This document shows, piece after piece, positions 40,652 through 49,872 of a DNA stretch of 56,804 nucleotides. Below the pieces are notes generated by a model. That model searched no databases, was not told the origin of the DNA, and saw only the letters and a program-made list of their open reading frames with translations. Numbering within the stretch: position 1 is the first letter of the stretch; each line of letters begins with the position of its first letter. A program made the position numbers and the translations under genes. The DNA is taken from NCBI GenBank assembly GCA_023483915.1, contig JAMDEO010000059.1, forward strand, positions 1 through 56,804. Reading direction: 5' to 3'. The stretch is from Actinomycetota bacterium. GTDB lineage: Bacteria; Actinomycetota; Thermoleophilia; RBG-16-64-13.

Positions 40652-43083
40652 CCCTCAAACCCCATAGAGGCTAGGTGCGCCACAACCCTCCCACTGAGCA
40701 GGGACACCTCGCGGTCAAGATCGCTCAGGGTTTCGGCATAGCGCCCGGATAGCTCGCTAGCACGCCTGACCAGAACCCGGGTCAGGGCATCGATTTCCAT
40801 ATCCACACGCTGCGCAATCTCCCCTCCCCACTTGTCGCGGACAACAAGCAATATAATGTCTTCCGCACTGAGCTTGCCGTACTGGTTGAGCGTCCGGTGG
40901 TCGAGTGCCGCAGCTGCTTGATTGACGGCTTTCTTCGCCTCAGCCTCTACCTCATACAGAGAGACGAGCGTCGTCAGGGCTTCAACTTCCTCCCGGCCGA
41001 AGTCCTCTCGCTTGGCCTCCCGCAGCCGAGCGGCCGCGATCGTCTTCGTGATCTTGTCATCCTCCGCCGCGACCGACAGAAGACCCTCTTCCCCGGAGTT
41101 CTCCTCGACGAATTCTTCGACAGCCTGCGTTGCCATCTCAAGCTTTGCGTTCAGCTCATCCAACTCCGTCTGCTGCTCCGGGAAGTGCTTGGCCACGATC
41201 AGCTGAGGAGGGAGAAGGTCCATCTTGTACTTCGCCGTGTTGCGGCCGGAGCCAATCGCCAGATCCGCCGTCTCCGAGATCTTCCGGTCCTTGTCCTCGA
41301 TAGTCTTGCGAGGCTTCGCAGCTCCCTCCCAGCCTTCGCTCATGATCAGCGCCACATCGTCGTGCATGGTCTCGTTCCAGAAGCTCATCAGCTGCTCATA
41401 GACCGCGTATTCATTGATGAGAGGGCGAGCCCTGAACAAGGCAAGCAGACTTTCCGAAAGCGATTCAATGAGATTGGCCGGTCTAGTCGATGAATCGACA
41501 GCAACAAGTTCATCACGATGGCTCTGCCACCACTGACGCACGACCTCGGCAGTCTCGTGTCTCAGAGTGAGGTATTCCTCTGCGTCCATGACTGTCTGCT
41601 GAACGTTCGACGGATCAACCGCCAGTTCCAAATAGCCCTCACGCTGGGGCTTGAACAGCTTCTGGCGGAGTGCCGGGAATGCCTCCCAGTAGTCCTTCAG
41701 AGCATCTATGTCCCGCTCGGGAATGCCACCCTGAAGATGGGCATGGAGGTCTTGAATGTCCTCTGGCTCCGATGCGTCGACGTAGCGAGGAATGTTGAGG
41801 TTGTAGTCGTTTGCGGCGTTCGAAATCTCACTGAGCGGAACCATTCTTGAATAGCCTGGAACCTCAAGTTGCCTGGTGAAGACATCGACGATCTTGTGCA
41901 TGTCGCGAGGCCTCAGCCGGTTCTTGTTCCCGTCCTTCACAAAACCCTTTGAGGCATCAATCATGAAGATGCCCCCACGCTGCGCACCGTCTTTCTTGTC
42001 AAGTACCAAGATGCAGGCAGGAATGCCTGTGCCGTAGAAGAGGTTTGGCGGCAGACCGATGATGCCCTTGATATAGCCGCGCCGGACGATCTCTTTGCGA
42101 ATCTGCGCCTCCGCGTTTCCTCGGAACAGCACTCCATGCGGCAGAATCACAGCACCCCGGCCCGTGCTCTTGAGCGACTTCAGCATGTGGAGCAAAAAGG
42201 CGTAGTCGCCATTTTTCGCAGGAGGCATTCCGAACTCGAAGCGACCATACTCCCTCTCCAACCCGTTGCTCCAGGACTTGGTGGAGAACGGCGGATTAGC
42301 TACCAGAAAGTCGAACGTCTCCAACTGATCGTTCTTGAGGAACTGCGGGCTCGTGATAGTGTCGCCCTTGCGGATATCGGCCCAGGCGTTGCCGTGCAGG
42401 ATCATATTCATCTTAGCCAAGGCCCAGGTGGCGTTGTCCTTTTCCTGGCCGTAAATCGTGAGCCCTTTGGGAGATTCATCTGCCACTTTGAGAAGCAACG
42501 AGCCGGAGCCACAGGTCGGGTCATATACGGTGGCCGAGACCGGCGTGTCGGGGGCAATGCCGATCAGCTTGGCCATCACCCGTGAGACTTCGGCTGGGGT
42601 GTAGAACTGCCCCTTGGACTTGCCGGATTCAGTGGCGAAGTGCCGCATAAGGTACTCATAGGCGTCGCCAAGAAGATCGTCACCTTCAGCCCGGGAGCCC
42701 CTGAAGTCAAGATCTTGGAAGATAGAAACCAGTTTGGTGAGCCGGTCCTGCATCTCCTTGCCCCTGCCGAGCTTCTCTTCGTCGTTGAAGTCGGCCAGGT
42801 CGATGACCTTCTGTAGATCATTGGCTTCGGCCAGCTTCCCGATGGCCTTATTGATCTTGTCGCCGATCTCCTTGTCGCCTTTGAACGAGACGAGATCGTC
42901 GAAGGACCCTCCGGCCGGAACGTCTATGAGATTGTTCGGATCGGTCTTGGCCTTGTCAGAGACGTACTTAACGAACAGCAAGGTCAGGATGTAGTCCTTG
43001 TATTGGGAGGCATCCATGCCGCCGCGCAGCTCGTCACAGCTCTTCCACAGTGAGCCGTATAGATCGGACTTCTTGAGAGCCAC
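40648..43083 (-). CDS. hsdM: Type I R-M methyltransferase subunit
   Basis: LRGGMD, GQFYTP, DPTCGSG, ANPPF, LPHGVLFRG; start GTG 43083 (or 43089). Confidence 0.95.
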   Translation of the reverse strand: MALKKSDLYGSLWKSCDELRGGMDASQYKDYILTLLFVKYVSDKAKTDPNNLIDVPAGGSFDDLVSFKGDKEIGDKINKAIGKLAEANDLQKVIDLADFNDEEKLGRGKEMQDRLTKLVSIFQDLDFRGSRAEGDDLLGDAYEYLMRHFATESGKSKGQFYTPAEVSRVMAKLIGIAPDTPVSATVYDPTCGSGSLLLKVADESPKGLTIYGQEKDNATWALAKMNMILHGNAWADIRKGDTITSPQFLKNDQLETFDFLVANPPFSTKSWSNGLEREYGRFEFGMPPAKNGDYAFLLHMLKSLKSTGRGAVILPHGVLFRGNAEAQIRKEIVRRGYIKGIIGLPPNLFYGTGIPACILVLDKKDGAQRGGIFMIDASKGFVKDGNKNRLRPRDMHKIVDVFTRQLEVPGYSRMVPLSEISNAANDYNLNIPRYVDASEPEDIQDLHAHLQGGIPERDIDALKDYWEAFPALRQKLFKPQREGYLELAVDPSNVQQTVMDAEEYLTLRHETAEVVRQWWQSHRDELVAVDSSTRPANLIESLSESLLALFRARPLINEYAVYEQLMSFWNETMHDDVALIMSEGWEGAAKPRKTIEDKDRKISETADLAIGSGRNTAKYKMDLLPPQLIVAKHFPEQQTELDELNAKLEMATQAVEEFVEENSGEEGLLSVAAEDDKITKTIAAARLREAKREDFGREEVEALTTLVSLYEVEAEAKKAVNQAAAALDHRTLNQYGKLSAEDIILLVVRDKWGGEIAQRVDMEIDALTRVLVRRASELSGRYAETLSDLDREVSLLSGRVVAHLASMGFEG

Positions 43084-43361
43084 TACCACATCACCGCCTT
43101 CTGCATGGGTGGCAATGCTACTTCCTGATATGGATCGAATCTGCTCATGATCAGCGCCTCGTGGTGAATTTGGTCGAGATGATGTTCTCGACAAAGCCAA
43201 GCGCATTCTCACTCTACTACTGCGACCGGACAGAAACATGCGGGCGTCGGCCCCGCCTGCTGTCTGGTGCTGATTAGGAGCCGGAGCGGAAAAAGCGTTG
43301 GAACTGCCTATATTTATACCACTGCATAGCTCATGCACAAAGCGCATAACTATGCGCACCC

Positions 43362-44561
43362 CTAGTCCGTCCCCGATCTTGACAATAGGTGTTTGAAGAC
43401 AGGGTCCTGCCTCGCCGCATAGATCTCTTCCGCCGTCCTGTCGGTCCTGGCCGGCTTGGGTACGTCGTGATACCAATCGGCGATTGCATCCCAGGCGTCA
43501 TCAAGAATCAGGCAATAGTCGTTGCAGGCCGCTATCAGAATGTGCATATCGCACTGCTCAGAGATGCCAGGATGACCTAGGTGGGTCGGGAAGTATTCCC
43601 GACCAGCGCGCGATCCGGGTTCCCAGGTACACTCGCAGGTACTCGCCCAGTCCTGCCAGTCAGCATGGATGCCCTGTCCGATATCAGTGGCCGCGAGTGC
43701 TCGGAGAAATGGGTGCAACTCTCGGTCGGGCACCTCCGACAGAGTTAGGCGTAGAAACGAATCGTCACGGTCGATGTTGGGACTGGCGAGGACTACTCGA
43801 TGGACAGCATCGCGCAGTTCTGTTTCAGCCTGCGGCTCGGGAAGCAGCCAGAGACCACCGAAGCGGACCTCAAAATCCCGCAGCTCGATAAGAAAACGGG
43901 CGAAATGAGCCAGAGCAGAAGTCACGCATCCAGCGGCCTGAAGCTCTTGGCTGTAAGGTGAGCCATCCTCCCGCGTGACTTGATCCCAAGGACGGCCCAC
44001 TTCGAGCATCGTCGACCGATAAGCGGTGAGTTCATTGCCCACTCCGGTGAGCGGCGTCCATATGCGGTACATCGCCTCGAAGCGGGCAAGCCATTCGACA
44101 GCCAGACGACTATGAATCGGAATGCGCAGGTCCAAGCGCAAACGCGCAAGGCGCAAACGGTAGTCGTGGATCTCGGCGAGCACCCGGTCGGCGAGGGCGG
44201 CACGGAGCCGTGGTTCATAGGCATGTCGAAAATGCTCTACGGTCACGAAGGCATCCTCGGCAGCCATTTTCCGAAGGGCGGGCGGACGTCCGCCCCGCGT
44301 CTCCTCCGTGAGACCAAAGAGCTTGGCCGCCAGCTCACCATCTCGACCGCCAATGCCCACGACCGTGTCTCGTAGCATCCGCTCAATAACGTACGCTCCG
44401 ACTCGCTCACGCGGCTCAACCCGGCCTGCGGCTCGTGCGGCCGTTGTCAACGCAGGGAGTTTGAGTCGACGCATTTCCGTAATGCCAACACGCCTCACCG
44501 CTGCTAGCTCAGCGTCCAGCTCCTCTGGTGTGGGCACGGGGATGTCGAGCAAGTTGGTCAT
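43362..44561 (-). CDS. Hypothetical protein (399 aa), possible regulator
   Basis: AGGAG RBS; divergent from transfer operon; C-terminal Cys/His cluster. Confidence 0.7.
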   Translation of the reverse strand: MTNLLDIPVPTPEELDAELAAVRRVGITEMRRLKLPALTTAARAAGRVEPRERVGAYVIERMLRDTVVGIGGRDGELAAKLFGLTEETRGGRPPALRKMAAEDAFVTVEHFRHAYEPRLRAALADRVLAEIHDYRLRLARLRLDLRIPIHSRLAVEWLARFEAMYRIWTPLTGVGNELTAYRSTMLEVGRPWDQVTREDGSPYSQELQAAGCVTSALAHFARFLIELRDFEVRFGGLWLLPEPQAETELRDAVHRVVLASPNIDRDDSFLRLTLSEVPDRELHPFLRALAATDIGQGIHADWQDWASTCECTWEPGSRAGREYFPTHLGHPGISEQCDMHILIAACNDYCLILDDAWDAIADWYHDVPKPARTDRTAEEIYAARQDPVFKHLLSRSGTD

Positions 44562-44811
44562 TGCTCCTAACTATATAAACACTTCGACCGATTCTCTACG
44601 GCCTCTAGAGACACCCAAAGTCAGCCAGCTGCCCCTCCACCTTGCCCCACACCCCCCTTGTCAGACTCTTCCTAGGACAGCATGCGAGCAAGGAGGCGAA
44701 TGCAGAAGGCTACATCTCACCACCACGAAGGGGCCGACCTCGCCCGGCAACAACCACCACCGAGGGCACGTATTCCCGACAAATTCATCCCGACAGAAAG
44801 GCTTCATAAAC

Positions 44812-45111
44812 ATGGATAGCACAGATCTCGTTCTGTCCGGAAACGGACTCTCACAGTCCCTGGAGCGAATAAGCAGACCGATGCAACGCCAGGCCAGGCG
44901 TGAGATCGAGCGCGTCGTCGTTCAAGGTCTCGTGAAAGATCTACGCGAGCAAGTGCGCGCACATCTGACGAACACCTCTTTGCAGAATACCGGTGCGCTC
45001 AGTGAGCTTGAAGGATACCTCCGCCAGATCGCGCCCACCGGTGCCGCCCGATACCAGCACATCGTCGACGCCTACGCACTCGGCGCCGCCCAAACAATTG
45101 CGAGGTGGTAG
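44812..45111 (+). CDS. Hypothetical helical protein, first gene of transfer operon
   Basis: GAAAGG RBS before MDSTDL. Confidence 0.65.
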   Translation: MDSTDLVLSGNGLSQSLERISRPMQRQARREIERVVVQGLVKDLREQVRAHLTNTSLQNTGALSELEGYLRQIAPTGAARYQHIVDAYALGAAQTIARW

Positions 45112-45113
45112 TC

Positions 45114-45455
45114 ATGCACAATCCCGCCGTGTTTGCCCTGGTGGAGACCTGTCTGTGGACAGTGGCCATCTCTTTGACCGTGGGCCTGGTTATCTCCTGG
45201 CGTAGAGATCGACGCAAGGCAAGACTCAAAAGAGTGCGGCGCGAGATCGCGGAGACGCAGCGACAGCTCCAGAGCCTGGCCTTTCGCCATGACGCCGCGC
45301 TGCGAGCCCAGGCTCACGAAGCTCGCAAAGCGCTGATTATGGAGTCGTTTCGTGCCTCCAAAGAAGCACCGGTCAGCGCCCGCGAAGACCACCGTTGCAC
45401 AAATCACAACGGCGTCTCGGAACGCTCTAAAAGAACAATCAACAACGAACACTAG
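45114..45455 (+). CDS. Single-TM coiled-coil protein
   Basis: GAGG RBS; TM followed by Arg-rich coiled coil. Confidence 0.6.
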   Translation: MHNPAVFALVETCLWTVAISLTVGLVISWRRDRRKARLKRVRREIAETQRQLQSLAFRHDAALRAQAHEARKALIMESFRASKEAPVSAREDHRCTNHNGVSERSKRTINNEH

Positions 45456-45579
45456 ACGTCTGTCGGCTCTCGAAGTACCGGGACTCGGTCTAGGTTCTGA
45501 AGCACTCCAGGTGTGTACTGGATGGCAGAACGGCAGGCCGGGACCCGGCTTCTGAGCCGTCCCGAAAGGAGACCGACAG

Positions 45580-46143
45580 TTGAACGATAAGCTCTACCGC
45601 ACGATCATGGCTGACCCGCCGTGGGACGTGCAACAGAAAGGAAGGAATTCGCGCGGCGCCGAGCGTCACTACGGCTTAATGACGCTCGAACAGATCAAGG
45701 CCATGCCTGTCGCCGACCTGGTCGATCCCGAGTGCAGCCATTGCTGGCTGTGGGTGACCAACGCCACGCTGAGGCACGGCTACGACGTGTTGGAGGCTTG
45801 GGGCTTTACACCGCGCAGCCCGCTGACCTGGATTAAGCCCCGCTTCACTCTCGGTCAGTACCTCCGTAATGCCACAGAGCACGTAATCCTCGGGACTCGC
45901 GGCAAGGCCCCGGTCCGCTTCCGTGCCCAACCGACTTGGGTGTTCGCACCACTTCAGGACCACAGTCACAAGCCCGAAGAGCAGTACGACATTATCGAGC
46001 GCGTCTCCCCCGGCCCCTACCTCGAACTCTTCGCCCGTCGGCCTCGGCAAGGTTGGGACGCATGGGGCGACCAGATCGCTTCAGACATACAGATACCGGG
46101 ATATCCCGTGCCGGATTCCCCAATGACGAGGGTCCAGAGATGA
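45580..46143 (+). CDS. MT-A70 family adenine methyltransferase
   Basis: ADPPW, WLWVTN, WGF, TWIK, HSHKP, LELFAR, WG. Confidence 0.9.
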   Translation: MNDKLYRTIMADPPWDVQQKGRNSRGAERHYGLMTLEQIKAMPVADLVDPECSHCWLWVTNATLRHGYDVLEAWGFTPRSPLTWIKPRFTLGQYLRNATEHVILGTRGKAPVRFRAQPTWVFAPLQDHSHKPEEQYDIIERVSPGPYLELFARRPRQGWDAWGDQIASDIQIPGYPVPDSPMTRVQR

Positions 46144-46158
46144 AAGGCGGTATCAAGC

Positions 46159-46347
46159 ATGTTCGACCAATCAGGAGGACTGCTGACAAAGCTATGGCGC
46201 CTGTCGCTGACGATTCTCGGAGTGGTGTTTGCCCTCTGGCTGAGCGTGAGACTCCTGACCCAGATCTGGTGGGTGCTGGTGATCATCGGGATGTTGGTCA
46301 TCGTGACGACGATTGCGATCAGATGGTGGCGGATTCGCCGCTGGTAG
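46159..46347 (+). CDS. Small two-TM membrane protein
   Basis: AAGGCGG RBS; two hydrophobic helices; ends RRW. Confidence 0.65.
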   Translation: MFDQSGGLLTKLWRLSLTILGVVFALWLSVRLLTQIWWVLVIIGMLVIVTTIAIRWWRIRRW

Positions 46348-46379
46348 ATCTCCAGATTGAGGCGGAGTCAAGGCGAGCT

Positions 46380-46613
46380 GTGAGACGTCTCCGGGTCAAG
46401 TCACCCAAGGCCAAACAGCACAAGAAGAGGCGAGGTCGTCCCATCAGCGCTAACCGAGTGCGGATCGTCGCCGAGCACCACGCCGAGCCTGATGCTCGGA
46501 AACTCAGCAGAGCCTTTCTCGCCTTGGCCCTCGATCGAGCGGCTCATGAAGTCGAGGCCGAGCGCGAGCACCATGCTCAGTCCGGCTCAGGAGATCGAGA
46601 TGAGCCAAGCTAA
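46380..46613 (+). CDS. Small basic hypothetical protein
   Basis: Fills operon gap and overlaps the next start; RIVAE...PDARKLSRAFLALA. Confidence 0.5.
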   Translation: MRRLRVKSPKAKQHKKRRGRPISANRVRIVAEHHAEPDARKLSRAFLALALDRAAHEVEAEREHHAQSGSGDRDEPS

Positions 46614-48762
46614 CCAAACTCTAGTCTGGAGGGAGGTGTCCTGGCCGCGACCCCTCTCCGCAGAGGTCGCACTCGACCTTCTTGGCCACTTGGCCACCGA
46701 CCACACGATTGGAACGGTGGTCTGGGAGGCTTGGAGCGACGCCAAAGGTATTCGCTATCTGCTGGGTTGCAGCCAAGCTCATCTTCCAGCGCTTAACCAT
46801 CTGATCGCGTCGCACGTTGAAGGCGCGAGGCTGTCAGCCGACGTCAAACGACACCACGCCATCACCTCAGCTGCGACTATCCATATGACCCATCATTCGC
46901 TCTCGCTCTCCACCGACCGGGTTTCGGCAATCGTGAGAGCGGTGCTGGCGGGGCTGGCGGCTGCCAAGCGAGGACAAGGTGAACTTGTACTGCAGGTGAT
47001 GTTGGGAGCGCGAGTGAGCCCCGCCATGCTGGGAGATCGAGTTAACGATCCACGAGCCACCTGGCTCGACCTAATCTTGGGTTCGGTGCGCCCGGCCTCG
47101 GCCGAGACCAAGGCAAGCATGAAGAGCAAATCTAGCGCCCATGGCTTCAAGGCGGTAATTCGCATCGGCGCCAGAGCGGACTCTGCCTATCAGGAGCGGT
47201 ATCTCATCTCCAATCTCTTCGGCGGTCTGCGCGTGGCCGAATCCGCGGGCGCCCATCTTCGGCTGAGTAAGGAGTCGCCCGTAGCTCAGAGCACCGCGCG
47301 CCGACCTTGGCGGTGGCCGCTGGTCCTATCGGCTCAGGAGCTGGTTTCGCTCATGGGCTGGCCCATCGGCGATGGAAACCTGCCGGGGTTGTCCGGCGTG
47401 CATCCGAAGTTGCTTGCGCCACCTGAAGGCATGCGAGACTCGGATCGGCCCTTTGCCGTTTCCTCAGCTCCCGGCGACACGGTAGCGCTAGGGATCTCCG
47501 CGAAAGACTCGCTACAGCATACCGTGCTACTCGGCCCCACCGGCTCCGGCAAGTCCAACGCCATGCTCAATACCATCTGCGCCGATATCAACGCGGGGCG
47601 TGGGGTGCTCTTGGTCGATCCCAAAACCGACCTGGCCTACGATGTTCTCGCCCGCATACCGGAATCGCGGCGGAAGGATGTGGTGGTAATTGATCCGAGC
47701 GATCCTTGTGTCGTCGGGCTCAATCCGCTGGCCGCAAAGCACCGGAACCCGGCTCTGGTGGCCGACAGCATTCTTGCCGTGTTCAAGGCATTGTTCTCGG
47801 ACTGCTGGGGCGTGCGAATTGAGGACGTCTTGACGAGCAGTCTACTTACTTTGGCGTTGCACCCGAATTCATCCTTGGTCTGGCTACCGTCGTTGCTCAC
47901 CAACGCCCGGTTCAGACACAAGCTGACCGCCGGAATTACCGACCGGGTTGGACTCCGTCCGTTTTGGGATGCGTACGAGAATATGTCTGCAGCACAGCGC
48001 GACCAAGTGATCGCCCCAACAATGACCAGGTTGCGCCAGTTCTTGTTGCGCCCAGCGTTGCGCGCGGTCCTTGGACAAACTCAGCCGTTGTTTGAGATGG
48101 GCGACCTTTTCACCAAGCGCCGCATCGTGCTCGTCTCTTTGAACCGAGGTTTGCTTGGAACGGAGGGCGCCCGGCTCGTCGGCAGCCTTGTTGTTGCTCA
48201 GCTTTGGCCGCTTGTTCTTGGACGAGCTGCTCTGCCACCCGAACGACGGCACATTGTGAGCGTCTTCATCGACGAAGCCCAGGACTTTTTGGCTTTGCCA
48301 GCCGATCTTGCTGATGCGTTGTCCCAGGCAAGAGCGCTTGGCGTCGGCCTCAGTATTAGCCATCAATATCGACATCAATTGCCACCCGCGTTGAGGGCCG
48401 GTGTCGACACCAATGCGCGAAACAAGATCGTCTTTGGGCTAAATGCCGGGGACGCACACGACATGGCGGCCATGGCACCGAATCTAGAGCCCGTCGACTT
48501 TATGCTGCTCCCTCGATTCGGCATCTACGCGCACTTGATGCGCGAAGGCCATTCCACCGGATGGATATCCGGCCAGACTATGCCAGCATGCCCCCCGATC
48601 TCTGACCCTGTCGAACTCAAGGCCGCCAGCACTGCAACATATGGCCGACCAGCAAACGAAGTCGATGAGGAAGTCCTTCGCGCTATTGGCCTCACCAAAG
48701 AAGGAGATCACGCACCAGAGGAGGGCGAGACCGTCGGTCGTCGACCAAGGAGGCGATCATGA
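46600..48762 (+). CDS. Type IV coupling-protein-like ATPase (VirD4/TraD family)
   Basis: HTVLLGPTGSGKS, DPKTD, LNPL, FIDEAQDF, QARALG, HQY. Confidence 0.85.
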   Translation: MSQANQTLVWREVSWPRPLSAEVALDLLGHLATDHTIGTVVWEAWSDAKGIRYLLGCSQAHLPALNHLIASHVEGARLSADVKRHHAITSAATIHMTHHSLSLSTDRVSAIVRAVLAGLAAAKRGQGELVLQVMLGARVSPAMLGDRVNDPRATWLDLILGSVRPASAETKASMKSKSSAHGFKAVIRIGARADSAYQERYLISNLFGGLRVAESAGAHLRLSKESPVAQSTARRPWRWPLVLSAQELVSLMGWPIGDGNLPGLSGVHPKLLAPPEGMRDSDRPFAVSSAPGDTVALGISAKDSLQHTVLLGPTGSGKSNAMLNTICADINAGRGVLLVDPKTDLAYDVLARIPESRRKDVVVIDPSDPCVVGLNPLAAKHRNPALVADSILAVFKALFSDCWGVRIEDVLTSSLLTLALHPNSSLVWLPSLLTNARFRHKLTAGITDRVGLRPFWDAYENMSAAQRDQVIAPTMTRLRQFLLRPALRAVLGQTQPLFEMGDLFTKRRIVLVSLNRGLLGTEGARLVGSLVVAQLWPLVLGRAALPPERRHIVSVFIDEAQDFLALPADLADALSQARALGVGLSISHQYRHQLPPALRAGVDTNARNKIVFGLNAGDAHDMAAMAPNLEPVDFMLLPRFGIYAHLMREGHSTGWISGQTMPACPPISDPVELKAASTATYGRPANEVDEEVLRAIGLTKEGDHAPEEGETVGRRPRRRS

Positions 48763-48922
48763 GCAGCATCAGCTGGCAACTGCGCTGTCCAGCCGATCGA
48801 CGTGTCGCGACGACTAAGGACCGCCGCAACCTCGGACACGTTGGCAACAAGGCAGCGGATAGGGATAAGACTCCCCCACCATCGTGCTGGTGGGGTTCCC
48901 ATTGCCAGGCGAGGAGGGCGGC

Positions 48923-49774
48923 ATGAGCACACAACGAGTTGGACGCCGCCAACTGGAGAGCATTCGAGAGAGTCTCGCAGATCGCGATGTGGAGATTGTG
49001 GAGACAGTAGCTATCCATCGGTTCCTAACCACGCGGCAGATCTGCCGCTTTCACTTCACGGACAAGTTGACCAAGACGGCCGCCCTGCGGTCGGCCAATC
49101 GCTGCCTAGTGAAGCTGCGGGACCTTAGGATACTCGTCTCTCTGGATCGTCGGATCGGTGGCGTGCGCGCCGGCTCTGGGTCCTTCGTGTGGGGCCTCGG
49201 GCAGATCGGTGCACGTCTCCTCCACGAGGCAAAGAGAGCGGAGGAGGCACCGGCACGCTATCGCGAGCATGAGCCATCGACCACCTTCCTGAAGCACACG
49301 TTGGCAGTCGCTGAGGTCGCCCTTCGCCTCTCTGAGGCCGCAAATGGTGCTCGTTTCGCCATCATCGACATTCAACGCGAACCAGCCTGCTGGCGCGCCT
49401 ACAACGGCTCAGGTGGCGGCACGTTGCGAATCAAGCCCGACCTGGCAGTCGTCAGTGCGACTGAGGACTTTGAAGACCACTGGTTCTTCGAGATCGATCT
49501 AGCCACCGAACCTCCCTCCCGAGTTGTCCGGACGTGCCTTAGCTACCAGGACTACCACCGCAGCGGGAACGAACAGCGGCGGCTGGGCTTGTTCCCAGCG
49601 GTGGTCTGGATCGCACCGACCGCGCGTCGCAAAGAGACGATCGAGTCCCGGCTCTCGGAGAACCCCGCCATCGATGTCCGGCTGTTTAGGGTGATCACCA
49701 TGGACGAGTTAGAGACTTTGATGCAGCGTGGCGCCGCCTGCGAAGACCCCGTGCCCCTGGAGATGGGGGACTGA
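48923..49774 (+). CDS. Replication-relaxation (Replic_Relax) family protein
   Basis: HRFLTTRQI, HTLAVAE, KPD...FFEIDLATE. Confidence 0.85.
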   Translation: MSTQRVGRRQLESIRESLADRDVEIVETVAIHRFLTTRQICRFHFTDKLTKTAALRSANRCLVKLRDLRILVSLDRRIGGVRAGSGSFVWGLGQIGARLLHEAKRAEEAPARYREHEPSTTFLKHTLAVAEVALRLSEAANGARFAIIDIQREPACWRAYNGSGGGTLRIKPDLAVVSATEDFEDHWFFEIDLATEPPSRVVRTCLSYQDYHRSGNEQRRLGLFPAVVWIAPTARRKETIESRLSENPAIDVRLFRVITMDELETLMQRGAACEDPVPLEMGD

Positions 49775-49872
49775 CCGTGACCTGTCCTGAAGGGCCGGTC
49801 ACGCGGGGCAAAGATCCGAACGGGGGTGACCTTCAGAATCCGCTTGATGATGTTGCCGAAGAGAGGTACATC

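Noticed and set aside
43084-43476. 130-aa N-terminal extension of HsdM
   Set aside because: Overlaps the upstream gene and promoter-like AT-rich DNA; HsdM similarity begins at ALKKS
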